50,194 bases of DNA from Candidatus Peribacteria bacterium. GTDB taxonomy: Bacteria > Patescibacteriota > Gracilibacteria > Peribacterales > Peribacteraceae. Shown here in pieces: positions 42,968-50,194 of this stretch. Numbering within the stretch: the first letter of the stretch is position 1; every line of letters starts with the position of its first letter. The stretch is taken from positions 1 to 50,194 of the forward strand of contig CAINWJ010000010.1 in NCBI GenBank assembly GCA_903854455.1. The letters are read 5' to 3'. The position numbers and the translations under genes were made by a program. The notes under the pieces are model-generated. The model had not been told where the DNA came from. It ran no database searches and saw only the letters and a list, made by a program, of their open reading frames with translations.

Positions 42968-44161
42968 TTATCGAGCCAAATTTTTATGTGCTTTTGCCAG
43001 ATCGTGACTTGCCTGTGCAGCGAGGACGGAAACCTCTCCGGCTAACACCGCTGCCGCGATCGATTCCGCCAATTGCTTCTTGAGTGACAATCCTCCGCGA
43101 TTCTTGAGGAGCAGATTCAAGCATTGATTTTGTGCAGGGAGCGCAGTGCCTCCACCACGCACACCGACAAGAATGGCAGGCAATCGTACGCTGATCTCCA
43201 AGCTCGAAGGTAGACTTGCCCTGAGCGTAGTCGAAGAGCCGCTTACCGTCGTATCTGCCAGTGATCCTTCCACCACATGCGCGGCATCCTGTCCGGTTGC
43301 CAGGTACAGAGCTGCGATGATGTTGGCAACGTGAAGGTTTGCCCCAATTGCTCCTGCGAGCGTTGAACCGGCTTTCAGTTTGGCATCGGCAGTAGCGAGC
43401 ATGGCTTCCGGTGTCGACTTCAGAACGTCGGTGATCGTCTCCGCTGACAAGATTGTGCTTGCTGTGACTTCCATTCCTCGTCCGCGGTCGTGCGTCCGGC
43501 GGCTCGGCTTCTTGTCCGAGTCGACATTGCCCGCGATGGTCGGACATGCGATGCCTGGGTTACTCCCTGTCACCCAATCGGCAATCGCCTGCGCCGCGAT
43601 GGTCGTCATGTTCATACCCATGGCTTCGCTGGTATCACAGGCGATCGTCAGGAACACGTACTTCTTCTGGATGTCGATGTCGTAACTGAGGATTTTCAGA
43701 TGATTGCTCGTCGCTTCCGCGACCGCTTTCCACTTTCCTTCATTCCCGCGGAGAAGCTGGACGATGGCATCGAGAGAGGCGGATTGATTTCCGGGTGTAA
43801 ACGCAATCGAGCGCGTCATGCCGTGATCAATCGATTTCGTAATAGTGACTCCGCTCACCGATGCAGCCTTACAGCCGCGGTTCACGCTCGCTACCAGCGC
43901 ACCTTCCGTCGTGGCGAGTGGCAAGTGGATTTCCGAGAGCTGATTATTGGAGAACGTCACTTTGAGCGGACCTGCGTACCCTACGGGCACCGGCACCACG
44001 CCGAACATTTGCTCGCAGTTCTTCTTCTCCGATTCTCCCACAACCGATTCCACGGGTGCCGTATTCTTCAAATCAATCTTGAGCTCGCGTTCGATGAGTG
44101 TGCGGCGCTGGTTGATGCGCTGGAAGCTGCTGAGCTGCTCTGGTAGAGATCGAAGATCCAT
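42968..44161 (-). CDS. hmgA: HMG-CoA reductase, class I
   Basis: PLATTEGALVASVNRGCKA, EAMGMNM and GNVDSDKKPS match class I signatures. I use the ATG at 44161 (MDLRSLPEQ), because the ORF-track extension translates the H5 repeat. Confidence 0.9.
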   Translation of the reverse strand: MDLRSLPEQLSSFQRINQRRTLIERELKIDLKNTAPVESVVGESEKKNCEQMFGVVPVPVGYAGPLKVTFSNNQLSEIHLPLATTEGALVASVNRGCKAASVSGVTITKSIDHGMTRSIAFTPGNQSASLDAIVQLLRGNEGKWKAVAEATSNHLKILSYDIDIQKKYVFLTIACDTSEAMGMNMTTIAAQAIADWVTGSNPGIACPTIAGNVDSDKKPSRRTHDRGRGMEVTASTILSAETITDVLKSTPEAMLATADAKLKAGSTLAGAIGANLHVANIIAALYLATGQDAAHVVEGSLADTTVSGSSTTLRASLPSSLEISVRLPAILVGVRGGGTALPAQNQCLNLLLKNRGGLSLKKQLAESIAAAVLAGEVSVLAAQASHDLAKAHKNLAR

Positions 44162-44184
44162 TTTGATGAGAGAGGAGACGAGGG

Positions 44185-44218
44185 TGAATGTAGAATGTAA
44201 AATGTAGAATGTAAAATG
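44185..44218. repeat. solo heptamer array H5 (no inverted partner)
   Basis: TGAATGTAGAATGTAAAATGTAGAATGTAAAATG, in the HMGR / MVK divergent intergenic region. Confidence 0.8.
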
Positions 44219-44252
44219 CCTGGATACGGTACTCTTCTTTGCCAATGATCTC

Positions 44253-45221
44253 ATGACTTCTCCAGTGACTGTTTCAGCGCCGGGCAAACTCATGCTCTTC
44301 GGTGAGCATGCGGTTCTCTTCGGTCAGCCGTGCATCGTGACGGCGGTCGGGCAACGGATGCAGGCGACGGTGACGTTGATCGATGAGCCGATGTTTGAAC
44401 TGGAGGCGCCGGATGTGAAGGTGACGGGATACAGCAAGAAGATTAGTGAGATCGGGACAGGAGAGATTCCCAAGGGTGCCAAGTTCGTCGAGCAGGCGGT
44501 CAAGAATTTCATCGCGAAGTTCGGCAATCTTAAAGGTGGTATTCGCATTGCAACGAAGTCCGAATTCTCATCCGAGTTCGGGTTCGGTTCATCGTCAGCG
44601 TCGACGGTTTGCGTGATCGGCGCGTTGTTGCAATTAACCAAAGGGATGATCGATCCTCGCGCCGTCTTCGATCTCGCGTACAAGACCGTTCTGGATATTC
44701 AGGGCAAGGGTTCCGGTTACGACATCGCTTCGGCGGTCTTCGGCGGAACATTGCTTTACCAGGCTGGAGGTAAGGTAATCGAGCCTATCGACGTGAAAGA
44801 GATTCCGCTGATCATCGGTTACAGTGGCATCAAGTATGAGACGGTGAAGGTGATCGACGAGGTGAAGAGGCGGCATGATCGGCATCCGGAGATGATCGAC
44901 GGAGTGTATCGATCGATTGGCGCATTGATCCCAGCTGCGCTTCAAGCATTGAAGCAACCGGATTGGGTGCGGCTGGGTGAACTGATGGATATGAATCAGG
45001 GATTCCTGGAAGTGCTGGGTGTCAGCAATCTCAAGTTGTCATCAATGATTCATGCGGCGCGCGAAGCGGGAGCGCTGGGTGCGAAGATTTCGGGGTCGGG
45101 AAAAGGAGATTGCATGATAGGGGTCGGGGTCAGGGTCGGGGTCAGGGAGGCTATAGAAAGAACCGGAGGGAAGGTGATAGATGTGTCGTGTAATGTTGAA
45201 GGGTTGAGGATTGAGGCATAA
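44253..45221 (+). CDS. mvk: mevalonate kinase (GHMP family)
   Basis: SAPGKLMLFGEHAVLFGQP (the GEHAV motif is typical of MVK), the GHMP motif EFGFGSSSAST, and C-terminal GAKISGSGKGDC. Confidence 0.88.
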   Translation: MTSPVTVSAPGKLMLFGEHAVLFGQPCIVTAVGQRMQATVTLIDEPMFELEAPDVKVTGYSKKISEIGTGEIPKGAKFVEQAVKNFIAKFGNLKGGIRIATKSEFSSEFGFGSSSASTVCVIGALLQLTKGMIDPRAVFDLAYKTVLDIQGKGSGYDIASAVFGGTLLYQAGGKVIEPIDVKEIPLIIGYSGIKYETVKVIDEVKRRHDRHPEMIDGVYRSIGALIPAALQALKQPDWVRLGELMDMNQGFLEVLGVSNLKLSSMIHAAREAGALGAKISGSGKGDCMIGVGVRVGVREAIERTGGKVIDVSCNVEGLRIEA

Positions 45222-45229
45222 TCCTTTTT

Positions 45230-45256
45230 CCCGCGGGTAGGAAACCCGCTCCCCAA
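45230..45256. repeat. hairpin repeat CCCGCGGGT-aggaa-ACCCGCTCCCCAA
   Basis: Directly after the mvk stop. Same family as 42877-42951. Confidence 0.75.
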
Positions 45257-45286
45257 TCATTAACTTCGGAAATCCCTCTAGCATCT

Positions 45287-46261
45287 ATGCCCAAAGCTAC
45301 CTCCATCGCACCGACGAACATTGCGTTCATCAAGTACATGGGCAGGAAGGACGAGGCTCTACGATTGCCGGAGAATGCAAGTGTATCCATGTGTCTCGAT
45401 CACCTGCTTACGACGACGACGGTCGAATTTTCTCCGACATTGACGCTGGACAGTATTACCATCAATGGTGAACAAGAGGATGGAGAGGCAAGTCGTGTCA
45501 TCAAACACTTGGACCGCATCCGGAAGCTTGCGAAGATCGATCATCGAGCGAAGGTGGTAAGCCAGAACAATTTTCCGACGGGTACCGGGCTCTCATCATC
45601 TTCATCGGGATTTGCCGCACTGACGCTTGCCGGTTGCAAGGCCGCAGGATTGGATTTGAATCAACGTGAACTTTCGATTCTCGCTCGTCAGGGATCCGGC
45701 TCCGCTTGCCGGTCGGTTCCTGACGGATTCGTTGAGTGGGGCGATGCCGATACTAGTGAGGAATCGTACGGGAAGACGATTTTTGCGCCGGATCATTGGG
45801 ACATCGCCGATGTCGTCGCCATCGTGAGTACTGGACGTAAGACAGTGAAAAGTTCTACCGCACATCAATCCGTCGTTGACGGTCCGTATTATCGTACGCG
45901 GATCAATCGCATGGCGGAGAAGGTGCAGCGGTGCAAAGAATTAATTCTTGCGAAGGATTTTCTTTCGTTCGGTACGTTGTGTGAGGAGGAGGCAATGGAT
46001 CTCCATGTGATTTTTATGAGTGCAGGGATCATTTACCTGACTCCGCAGAGCTTGGAGCTCATCAAGCTGGTGCCGCAGTGGCGCGCGGAAGGATTACCTG
46101 TTTATTTCACGCTCAATACCGGTCAGGATGTTCATCTTTTATGTGAGAAGAAGGACGCGAAGGTGGTGCAGGACAAGCTGAAAGGATTGGATTTCGTGCG
46201 GGAGGTGATCGTGAATGAGCCAGGGAAGGGCGCAAGAATGAGCGCAAAGCATCTGTTTTAA
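45287..46261 (+). CDS. mvaD: diphosphomevalonate decarboxylase (GHMP family)
   Basis: APTNIAFIKYMGRKD...NNFPTGTGLSSSSSGFAAL...ARQGSGSACRSV. From sequence alone I cannot distinguish it from a phosphomevalonate decarboxylase. Confidence 0.85.
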   Translation: MPKATSIAPTNIAFIKYMGRKDEALRLPENASVSMCLDHLLTTTTVEFSPTLTLDSITINGEQEDGEASRVIKHLDRIRKLAKIDHRAKVVSQNNFPTGTGLSSSSSGFAALTLAGCKAAGLDLNQRELSILARQGSGSACRSVPDGFVEWGDADTSEESYGKTIFAPDHWDIADVVAIVSTGRKTVKSSTAHQSVVDGPYYRTRINRMAEKVQRCKELILAKDFLSFGTLCEEEAMDLHVIFMSAGIIYLTPQSLELIKLVPQWRAEGLPVYFTLNTGQDVHLLCEKKDAKVVQDKLKGLDFVREVIVNEPGKGARMSAKHLF

Positions 46262-46368
46262 TGATATTGATTGTGCCGCGCAAAGCATTGCGCTCCCTAT
46301 TATTCAAGAAAAAGCATTGCCCTCCCCATTCAAGAAAAAGGAGCAGAATGCTTTCTGCGGATTACCAA

Positions 46369-47247
46369 TCAAATCACCAATATCATTCCTCCTCCTCCCG
46401 TTCTCGCCCCTGCGCCCAGGACTTTTCCGGCACCATCTTTCGCTTCAATCTCCGCAATGATTTTCCGCGCTTCCGGCGTTACGACGCCCAGTGCCATTTG
46501 AGCGCGGTGGTGATCGCGCATTACGGTTTTCAGTGATTCTCCGGCGATGATGCGTTCGGTACATTTGCCGATGGTTTCAATGGCTTCACGTACGGATCCG
46601 GGAAGCGGCGTCCCGGCTGCGGAAAGTGGAAATGATTCATAGTTCGATCGCACCCACGCTACCAGCTCAGGCGTCGTCTCATTTGGCGTGCCCGTGTCGA
46701 TTAAACGCGAATCGACAAGAAGATTCGTCGGAAGATTTATTGCTTTCGGCGGGGAACCTTTCTTGAACAAGATCGGTTTCTCTTCCCAGATGACTGCGAA
46801 ATCCAGTCCGCTGTGACCGGGATTAACGGCGTCTTCGATTTTCAAGGCTGTGTCACGGCAATCTTCTCCAAGGAGGCAACGGCACAGCGCGATCACAAGT
46901 GCGGTCGAGGAGCCCATGCCTTTCCGCAGCGGAAGACTGGATTCGATTCGGAGTATTCCTTGCAGGTGATCATTGCGATGCTTCAGTGCCAGTACCGCTA
47001 TTTTATTTGCATAATCAATCCATGGATTTGGAGTATTTGGCCACTCTATCGTGACACTGGGTTTCCCAATTCCCAATTCCCAATTCCCAATTCCTTCGAA
47101 TGTTACCGTCATTCTCTCCTTCGATGGCACTGCGATTCCCGGTTTGCCGAATACGACGGCGTACTCACCGCTCAGGATTATTTTCCCGCAGGCGGAAGCT
47201 CGGTTTACTGGTTTGGTGGTTTGGTGGTTTGGTGGTTTGGTTCTCAT
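46369..47247 (-). CDS. GHMP kinase, phosphomevalonate kinase-like
   Basis: CGKIILSGEYAVVFGKPG (GEYAV is typical of PMK rather than MVK), LRKGMGSSTALV and GAGARTGGGG. It is short (292 aa) and carries two tandem-repeat tracts. Confidence 0.7.
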   Translation of the reverse strand: MRTKPPNHQTTKPVNRASACGKIILSGEYAVVFGKPGIAVPSKERMTVTFEGIGNWELGIGKPSVTIEWPNTPNPWIDYANKIAVLALKHRNDHLQGILRIESSLPLRKGMGSSTALVIALCRCLLGEDCRDTALKIEDAVNPGHSGLDFAVIWEEKPILFKKGSPPKAINLPTNLLVDSRLIDTGTPNETTPELVAWVRSNYESFPLSAAGTPLPGSVREAIETIGKCTERIIAGESLKTVMRDHHRAQMALGVVTPEARKIIAEIEAKDGAGKVLGAGARTGGGGMILVI

Positions 47248-47262
47248 GGTGAACGGTGTGCA

Positions 47263-47973
47263 TTATGAGCCGAACCTTCTTTTCCGTCTCTCGAATTCAT
47301 TCACCGCTTCATCCAGATCTTTTGGTCCGACGTCGGGAAATAGTTTCGGTGAGAAGATCCACTCGGCGTACGTCGACTGCCAGAGGAAAAAGTTGCTGGT
47401 GCGTTGCTCACCGGAGGAACGGAAGATGAGGTCGATATCAGGTAATTCCGGATGATCAAGATTCGGTCGGATGAAGTCGCTGGTCGGCTGGTCGGCTGGT
47501 CGGCTGGTCGCTTTCGTCGTCGCACGGAGGATCTCATCTTTGCCGCCGTAATCGACAGCCAGGTGCAGTGTGAATTCCATTTGATCTTTCGTCAGCTCCT
47601 CCGTTTCTTCGATCAATTTCTTGAGTGATGGCGGGATGCGGTCACGGCGGCCGGAGTGCACGAAGCGGGTTTTTTCTTTCAAGAATGTCTCACCTTCCTT
47701 TCGCAAATACTTCTCGAGCATCCCCATCAACATTTCGATCTCTTTCGGATCGCGTTTCCAGTTTTCGGTCGAGAAGCACCAGACGGTCAGCACCGAGATC
47801 CGCGGATCCTTGCGGCACCACTCGGTCAACGTGCGGAAATTTTCTACTGCCTGCTCATGGCCTTTCCAGACACTCTCGAACTTGTGCGCTTTCGCCCAGC
47901 GGCGGTTGCCGTCGGGGATGATGGCGAGGTGGAGGCGGGAAAGAGTTGGTGGATGAGTCGACATGCTCGGCAA
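47263..47973 (-). CDS. uppS: cis-prenyltransferase (undecaprenyl diphosphate synthase family)
   Basis: HLAIIPDGNRRWAK...FSTENWKR...DLIFRSSGEQRTSNFFLWQSTYAEW. Confidence 0.92.
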   Translation of the reverse strand: MPSMSTHPPTLSRLHLAIIPDGNRRWAKAHKFESVWKGHEQAVENFRTLTEWCRKDPRISVLTVWCFSTENWKRDPKEIEMLMGMLEKYLRKEGETFLKEKTRFVHSGRRDRIPPSLKKLIEETEELTKDQMEFTLHLAVDYGGKDEILRATTKATSRPADQPTSDFIRPNLDHPELPDIDLIFRSSGEQRTSNFFLWQSTYAEWIFSPKLFPDVGPKDLDEAVNEFERRKRRFGS

Positions 47974-48010
47974 TAGTAATGGTTACATGGTTGAATGGCT
48001 AAATGGTTTG
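47967..48010. repeat. octamer array AATGGTTA CATGGTTG AATGGCTA AATGGTTT between uppS and idi
   Basis: Read directly. Same unit as at 25790-25878. Confidence 0.6.
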
Positions 48011-48037
48011 GTGCTGTCCAATCAATGGTTGCTTTTT

Positions 48038-48559
48038 CTATCCATTTAAAATTTTCAGGAGTCCAATCTTCAGCCAGAGAGCGAAGAAGTCGGGATACTT
48101 CTCGAAATCCCGCAGGAGACTCTGTACATCGATCCATTTCCACGCTTTGACTTCATCGGGATCGGGACGAACAACGACGCCTTTCTCCGCTGTTCCGATC
48201 AATGTCGTGACATGCTCATACTCACTACCTTTTCCATCCGGATCTTTCGCCTGGTAGACGAAGGACGGACCGGGTGTGAGTGGGACTGAGAATCCCAGTT
48301 CTTCCTTGAGCCTCCTCTGACCGGCGGCAATCATTTCCTCCTGCTCATAAGGATGGCTACAGCACGTATTCGCCCAGATTTCCGGGAACAACATCTTCTT
48401 GGTGCTGCGCTGCTGGATGATCAGCGAGGATTTGTCGGGAGAGAAGACATACACCGAGAATGCGCGGTGCAACTTCCCTTCACCGGTGTGCGCGGCGACG
48501 ATCTCCATCGTTCCGGTTTGATGATTCTGCTCGTCGACAAGGATGACGTGGCGGGACAT
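48038..48559 (-). CDS. idi: isopentenyl-diphosphate delta-isomerase, type 1 (Nudix)
   Basis: HRAFSVYVF...WANTCCSHP...AAGQRRLKEELG...YEHV. Confidence 0.9.
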   Translation of the reverse strand: MSRHVILVDEQNHQTGTMEIVAAHTGEGKLHRAFSVYVFSPDKSSLIIQQRSTKKMLFPEIWANTCCSHPYEQEEMIAAGQRRLKEELGFSVPLTPGPSFVYQAKDPDGKGSEYEHVTTLIGTAEKGVVVRPDPDEVKAWKWIDVQSLLRDFEKYPDFFALWLKIGLLKILNG

Positions 48560-48563
48560 GGAC

Positions 48564-48656
48564 GGAATGTAGAATTGAAAATGTAAAATGTAAAATTACG
48601 CTACTCCGAAAGCAGCAAAGATCATTCTACATTTTACATTCTACATTTTACATTTC
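48564..48656. repeat. heptamer-array hairpin H6
   Basis: Left arm GGAATGTAGAATTGAAAATGTAAAATGTAAAAT at 48564-48596. Loop TACGCTACTCCGAAAGCAGCAAAGAT. Right arm CATTCTACATTTTACATTCTACATTTTACATTTC at 48623-48656. Confidence 0.85.
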
Positions 48657-48745
48657 GTCGGTTGACACTCTCTCCGATTGTCGCGTTGCCCGCTGCCTTC
48701 TCAAGATTTTTTCTGTATGATCCGTCTAATATTCCCACCACCACT

Positions 48746-49369
48746 ATGATTCATCATCTTCGGTTCCGGAAGCATCATATGGCTATAGCACTTTCCGGAC
48801 TTGCATTCTCTGGGATGGTACTTTCAGTATCGTGGAGCGGGCTCTTCCCTCCACCGTCGAACTTTGGAGGAGTGCCTGTGGCTCTTGCTGCCACTGCAGC
48901 CGGACAGCCGACGTATGAGATGTTCTTGAAGATGGATGGCATCGAAGGCAGTGCGACCGATGATAAGCATCGTGCGCAGATCGTCGTTGATTCCTATGCC
49001 TGGAAGGTCGCCCGTGCAGTTAGCGGTAAGCAGGCCGGGTTTGATTCGTTCGTCGTCACGATGCCTGCAAGCAAAGCATCCCCCGATCTGTTTCTGACGA
49101 CGGCAGCCGGACTCAAAGTCGCCAAGGCGGTGCTGGCCGTGCGCAAGTCCGGTGGCGCGGAAGACTTTCTCAAATGGACGCTCACGGACGTGCGCATCAC
49201 ATCACTGCAGACTGTCGGAAACACCCATGGTGACGGTGTGCAGGATCAGCTGACCCTGAGTGTCGGAAAAGTGGAGATGGAGTACCGCGAACCGTTGCCC
49301 AATGGATCATTCGGACCGGTGTTGAAGAAAGGCTGGGACATCCGGACGGGGAGTGCGGTGCAGTACTGA
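48746..49369 (+). CDS. Hcp-family (T6SS tube protein-like) protein with an N-terminal hydrophobic signal/anchor extension
   Basis: YEMFLKMDGIEGSATDDKHRAQIVVDSYAW...AVLAVRKSGGAEDFLKWTLTDVRITS...LTLSVGKVEMEYREP...KKGWDIRTG is collinear with Hcp1 as I recall it. It is preceded by MAIALSGLAFSGMVLSVSW. The start could be 48746 or 48779. Confidence 0.75.
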   Translation: MIHHLRFRKHHMAIALSGLAFSGMVLSVSWSGLFPPPSNFGGVPVALAATAAGQPTYEMFLKMDGIEGSATDDKHRAQIVVDSYAWKVARAVSGKQAGFDSFVVTMPASKASPDLFLTTAAGLKVAKAVLAVRKSGGAEDFLKWTLTDVRITSLQTVGNTHGDGVQDQLTLSVGKVEMEYREPLPNGSFGPVLKKGWDIRTGSAVQY

Positions 49370-49465
49370 AAGCGATGAGCGATAAGCGGTTAGCGACAAG
49401 CTATTTTTTGACCAGCGCACGACTTGTCCTGAGTTTTTCGAAGGGTTCTTCGTGCGGGCAAGAAA

Positions 49466-50194
49466 TCATTTCCCCGATGTTCCCATTGCCCCAATCATCG
49501 CACGCAACGTTAGGATCGGGTGAGCCAGGCAGAATTTTTTGATTGCGCCGCTCCCCGATGCGCTCACCGGTTGACCTTCTCTCCGTTTGGCAAAATACAA
49601 GCGGATCATGTCGCTCAGTGCCCGGACGACTGCTTCTTTGCCGATGGATTGTTCATGTGCCGGCAGCGCATTGGCTGTCATCCAGAGTGTTTCAAATCGT
49701 TCGAATGCGCCGCGACCGAGGCGCTGGTTCACCGCACTCATTCCTGCAGGGTGAACGCGGAACGCTCCCAGATCTTCCGGCAGGTAGACGAAGCCGGCGC
49801 GCAGCAGACAGCGTGCCCAGTATTCGCAGTCCAGGCACTGCACCATCGATTCATTGAATGGTCCGACTGATTCCATGAGTGATCTCCGCAGCACAACGAA
49901 ACTCGGTTCACCGATGACGTTGGGCTTCAGTCCACGTTCCAGCCACTCCATCAGGAATGCATGTCCATGATATCCGGGAGACAGCCACTCACTCTTGTTC
50001 TTCTTCAGCTCATCGTAGAGCGGGATCGTCGGGACGTTGCCTTCCGAGAGGTACGTGTGTTCCGCAGCGCTGAATCCGGCGCGGGGCTCTAGGTCCAGAG
50101 CCTTGATCGATTCCTCCAGGAACCGGGGTGACCAGAGGTCATCGTGGAAGAGGAAGGAGATGTATTCCGCTTCCTCCCTCACCCCTAGCCCCTC
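49466..50194 (-). CDS. family 2 glycosyltransferase, C-terminal part (5' end beyond the window edge)
   Basis: The frame stays open to the window edge (EGLGVREEAEYISFLFHDDLW, the GT2 DxD region). The ORF-track start at 50182 is an internal GTG. Confidence 0.7.
   Translation of the reverse strand, partial: EGLGVREEAEYISFLFHDDLWSPRFLEESIKALDLEPRAGFSAAEHTYLSEGNVPTIPLYDELKKNKSEWLSPGYHGHAFLMEWLERGLKPNVIGEPSFVVLRRSLMESVGPFNESMVQCLDCEYWARCLLRAGFVYLPEDLGAFRVHPAGMSAVNQRLGRGAFERFETLWMTANALPAHEQSIGKEAVVRALSDMIRLYFAKRREGQPVSASGSGAIKKFCLAHPILTLRAMIGAMGTSGK

Noticed and set aside
33741-48656. Possibility that the heptamer or octamer arrays are a CRISPR array.
   Set aside because: The units are 7-8 nt and directly abutting, with no spacers. 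The arrays are arranged as inverted arms, and there are no cas genes in the window.
48746-49369. A type VI secretion system locus.
   Set aside because: Only an Hcp-like gene is present. It has a signal/anchor sequence, and no other T6SS core components are in the window.

Overview
Gene-dense 50 kb window. Gene content suggests an uncultivated, CPR/Peregrinibacteria-like bacterium, but that is inference only. There are three blocks. (1) 1-19.0 kb holds a same-strand tandem array of eight diverged paralogs (about 550-560 aa each) of a very cysteine-rich protein with no signal peptide or TM segment. Each has homologous zinc-ribbon-like modules at both termini and two internal Cys-repeat blocks. 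The array is interrupted by three TrmB-family regulators and a visibly AT-rich two-gene island. It also carries homogenised junctions and a fossil gene end. I do not recognise this family, and it is my top candidate for an undescribed system. (2) 19.1-37.6 kb holds an orphan TraD/VirD4-like ATPase, an MBOAT plus DltD-like pair, and an HTH-LAGLIDADG-like ORF that reads into tRNA-Thr(GGU). It also holds sufS-sufU and an envelope glycosylation island: two large GT-C-like membrane proteins, a methyltransferase-GT2 fusion, GT2 plus DUF2304, and two GT4 genes. (3) 38.0-48.6 kb holds a complete mevalonate pathway. It has archaeal-type thiolase and HMG-CoA synthase, a DUF35-like OB domain fused to a guanylate-kinase-like P-loop domain, class I HMGR, MVK, a PMK-like GHMP kinase, MDD, a HAD phosphatase, uppS and type 1 idi. 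This is followed by an orphan Hcp-like protein with an N-terminal hydrophobic anchor and a truncated GT2. Intergenic DNA, and unusually several coding regions, carry at least five short repeat families. These are heptamer-array hairpins (AATGTAN)n, octamer arrays (AATGGYTA)n, a 29-nt perfect palindrome (GTAGAGACGCCC..GGGCGTCTCTAC), a GCGGGT..ACCCGC hairpin, and a C-rich/G-rich hairpin that lies in frame in three glycosyltransferases. In addition, tandem 6-8 nt units (three to five copies per tract) lie inside isoprenoid genes. No rRNA, CRISPR array, transposase or integrase was seen.
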